The position numbers and the translations under genes are program-made. From the NCBI RefSeq assembly GCF_006345805.1, contig NC_043002.1, positions 36,394,001 through 36,458,000 on the forward strand: a stretch of DNA of 64,000 nucleotides, written 5' to 3'. The notes beneath the pieces were generated by a model. The model had not been told where the DNA came from. It ran no database searches and saw nothing but the letters and a program-made list of their open reading frames with translations. Shown in pieces: positions 62,992 to 64,000 of this stretch. Position 1 is the stretch's first letter. Each line of letters begins with the position of its first letter. Source of the stretch: Octopus sinensis (taxonomy: Eukaryota).

Positions 62992-63060
62992 TTAAAAAAA
63001 ATTAGAGTTGACCCACATTAGATGCTTTTACTGATTTTTAAAAGTGGTACTTAAAAACTA

Positions 63061-63400
63061 TGAAGGCACATGGCTCAGCAATTGGAACATTATGCTCACA
63101 ATCATGAGGTAGTGAGTTTGATTCTTGGACCAGGCTGTGTGTGGTGTTCTTGAGCAAGACACTTTATTTCACATTGCTCCAGTTCACTCAGCTGTAGAAA
63201 TGAGTTGCTTGTCATTGGTGCCAAGCTGTATCAGCCTTTGCTTTTCCCTTGAATAACATTGATGGCATGGAGAAGGGAGGCTGGTATGCATGGGCAACTG
63301 CTGGTCTTCCATAAACAACTTTGCCTGGACTTGTGCCTCAGAGGGACCTTTCTAGGTGCAATCCCATGGTCATTCATGACCGAAGGGAGTCCTTACCCTC
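63061..63400 (+). mobile_element. tRNA-derived SINE (same family as 53908-54210)
   Basis: Collinear similarity over about 300 bp. Confidence 0.8.
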
Positions 63401-63508
63401 TTACTTAAGAATTACAGCTAGTTAATTTGTATGATAGTGGTCTGTGTTTCTAGTACCACATTATGTCTCTGGCAGGGATATTTCACTTTCAATAACCTAG
63501 GAGATAAA

Positions 63509-63800
63509 GGCAGCCAGCTGGTAGAATTGTTAGCACACCAGGCAAAATGCTTAGTGGCATTTCATCTATTACTCTTTTTACTCTTTTACTTGTTTCAGTC
63601 ATTTGACTGCGGCCATGCTGGAGCACCGCCTTTAGTCGAGCAACTCGACCCCGGGACTTATTCTTTTCGTAAGCCCAGTACTTATTCTATCGGTCTCTTT
63701 TTGCCGAACCGCTAAGTGGCGGGGACGTAGACACACCAGCATCGGTTGTCAAGCAATGCTAGGGTGACAAACACAGGCACACAAACACACACATATATAC
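63509..63800. mobile_element. Composite SINE: plus-strand head (63509-63568) interrupted by a minus-strand SINE 3' part
   Basis: The head matches 9589-9650. The segment ttactc..cagtcatttgactgcggccatgctggagcaccgcc..aagcccagtacttattctatc is a reverse-oriented tail; a fragment of it also lies at ~58798-58830. Confidence 0.7.
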
Positions 63801-63817
63801 ATATATATATATACATT

Positions 63818-64000
63818 ATCATCATCATCATCATCATCATCATTTAGCGTCCGTTCTCCATGCTAGCATGGGTTGGACGGTTCAACTGGGGTCTGTGAAG
63901 CTGGAAGGCTTCATCAGGCCCATATATATATATATATATATATACGGGACGTAGTCAGTCCACCTGTGCATACCTTCCTTCTTGTGACACTTGTGAAGAC
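63818..64000 (-). mobile_element. LINE 3' tail with (ATG)n, interrupted by (TA)n
   Basis: (cat)n + ttagcgtccgttctccatgctagcatgggttggacgg; homologous to 60900-61048. Confidence 0.7.

Overview
AT-rich animal genomic DNA. The SINE and LINE-tail families look like those of Octopus (coleoid cephalopod), which is an inference from recall. Bases ~1-53.6 kb are a dense, nested transposon field. It holds about nine Tx1/L1-like LINE copies or fragments of several subfamilies, an R2-A-type element (3 zinc fingers, Myb, RT, RLE) outside rDNA with a tandemly duplicated 5' half, RTE/RTE-X, HERO-like, Jockey/CR1-like and Penelope-like remnants, Tc1/mariner and hAT fragments, MITEs and SINEs. About 20 of 22 orientable coding TE pieces lie on the minus strand. 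Bases ~54-59 kb are TE-poor. The only host coding sequence I can support is the last three exons of a minus-strand ABCC/MRP1-like ABC transporter (62598-62432, 60637-60443, 59336-59216). The most notable unexplained signals are: (1) a consensus 5' splice donor (AG|GTRAG-type) at the ORF1-stop/ORF2-start junction of every Tx1 copy that keeps that junction (7 sites), including ORF2-less derivatives; (2) the strong strand bias, like a unistrand piRNA cluster or an antisense-purged intron; (3) a non-rDNA R2-A element with a Kozak ATG behind an acceptor-like sequence; (4) a clear twin-priming 5' inversion in an RTE LINE; (5) covarying UTR hairpins; (6) a ~370-bp inverted repeat with promoter-like motifs. 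Boundaries of degenerate elements are approximate.
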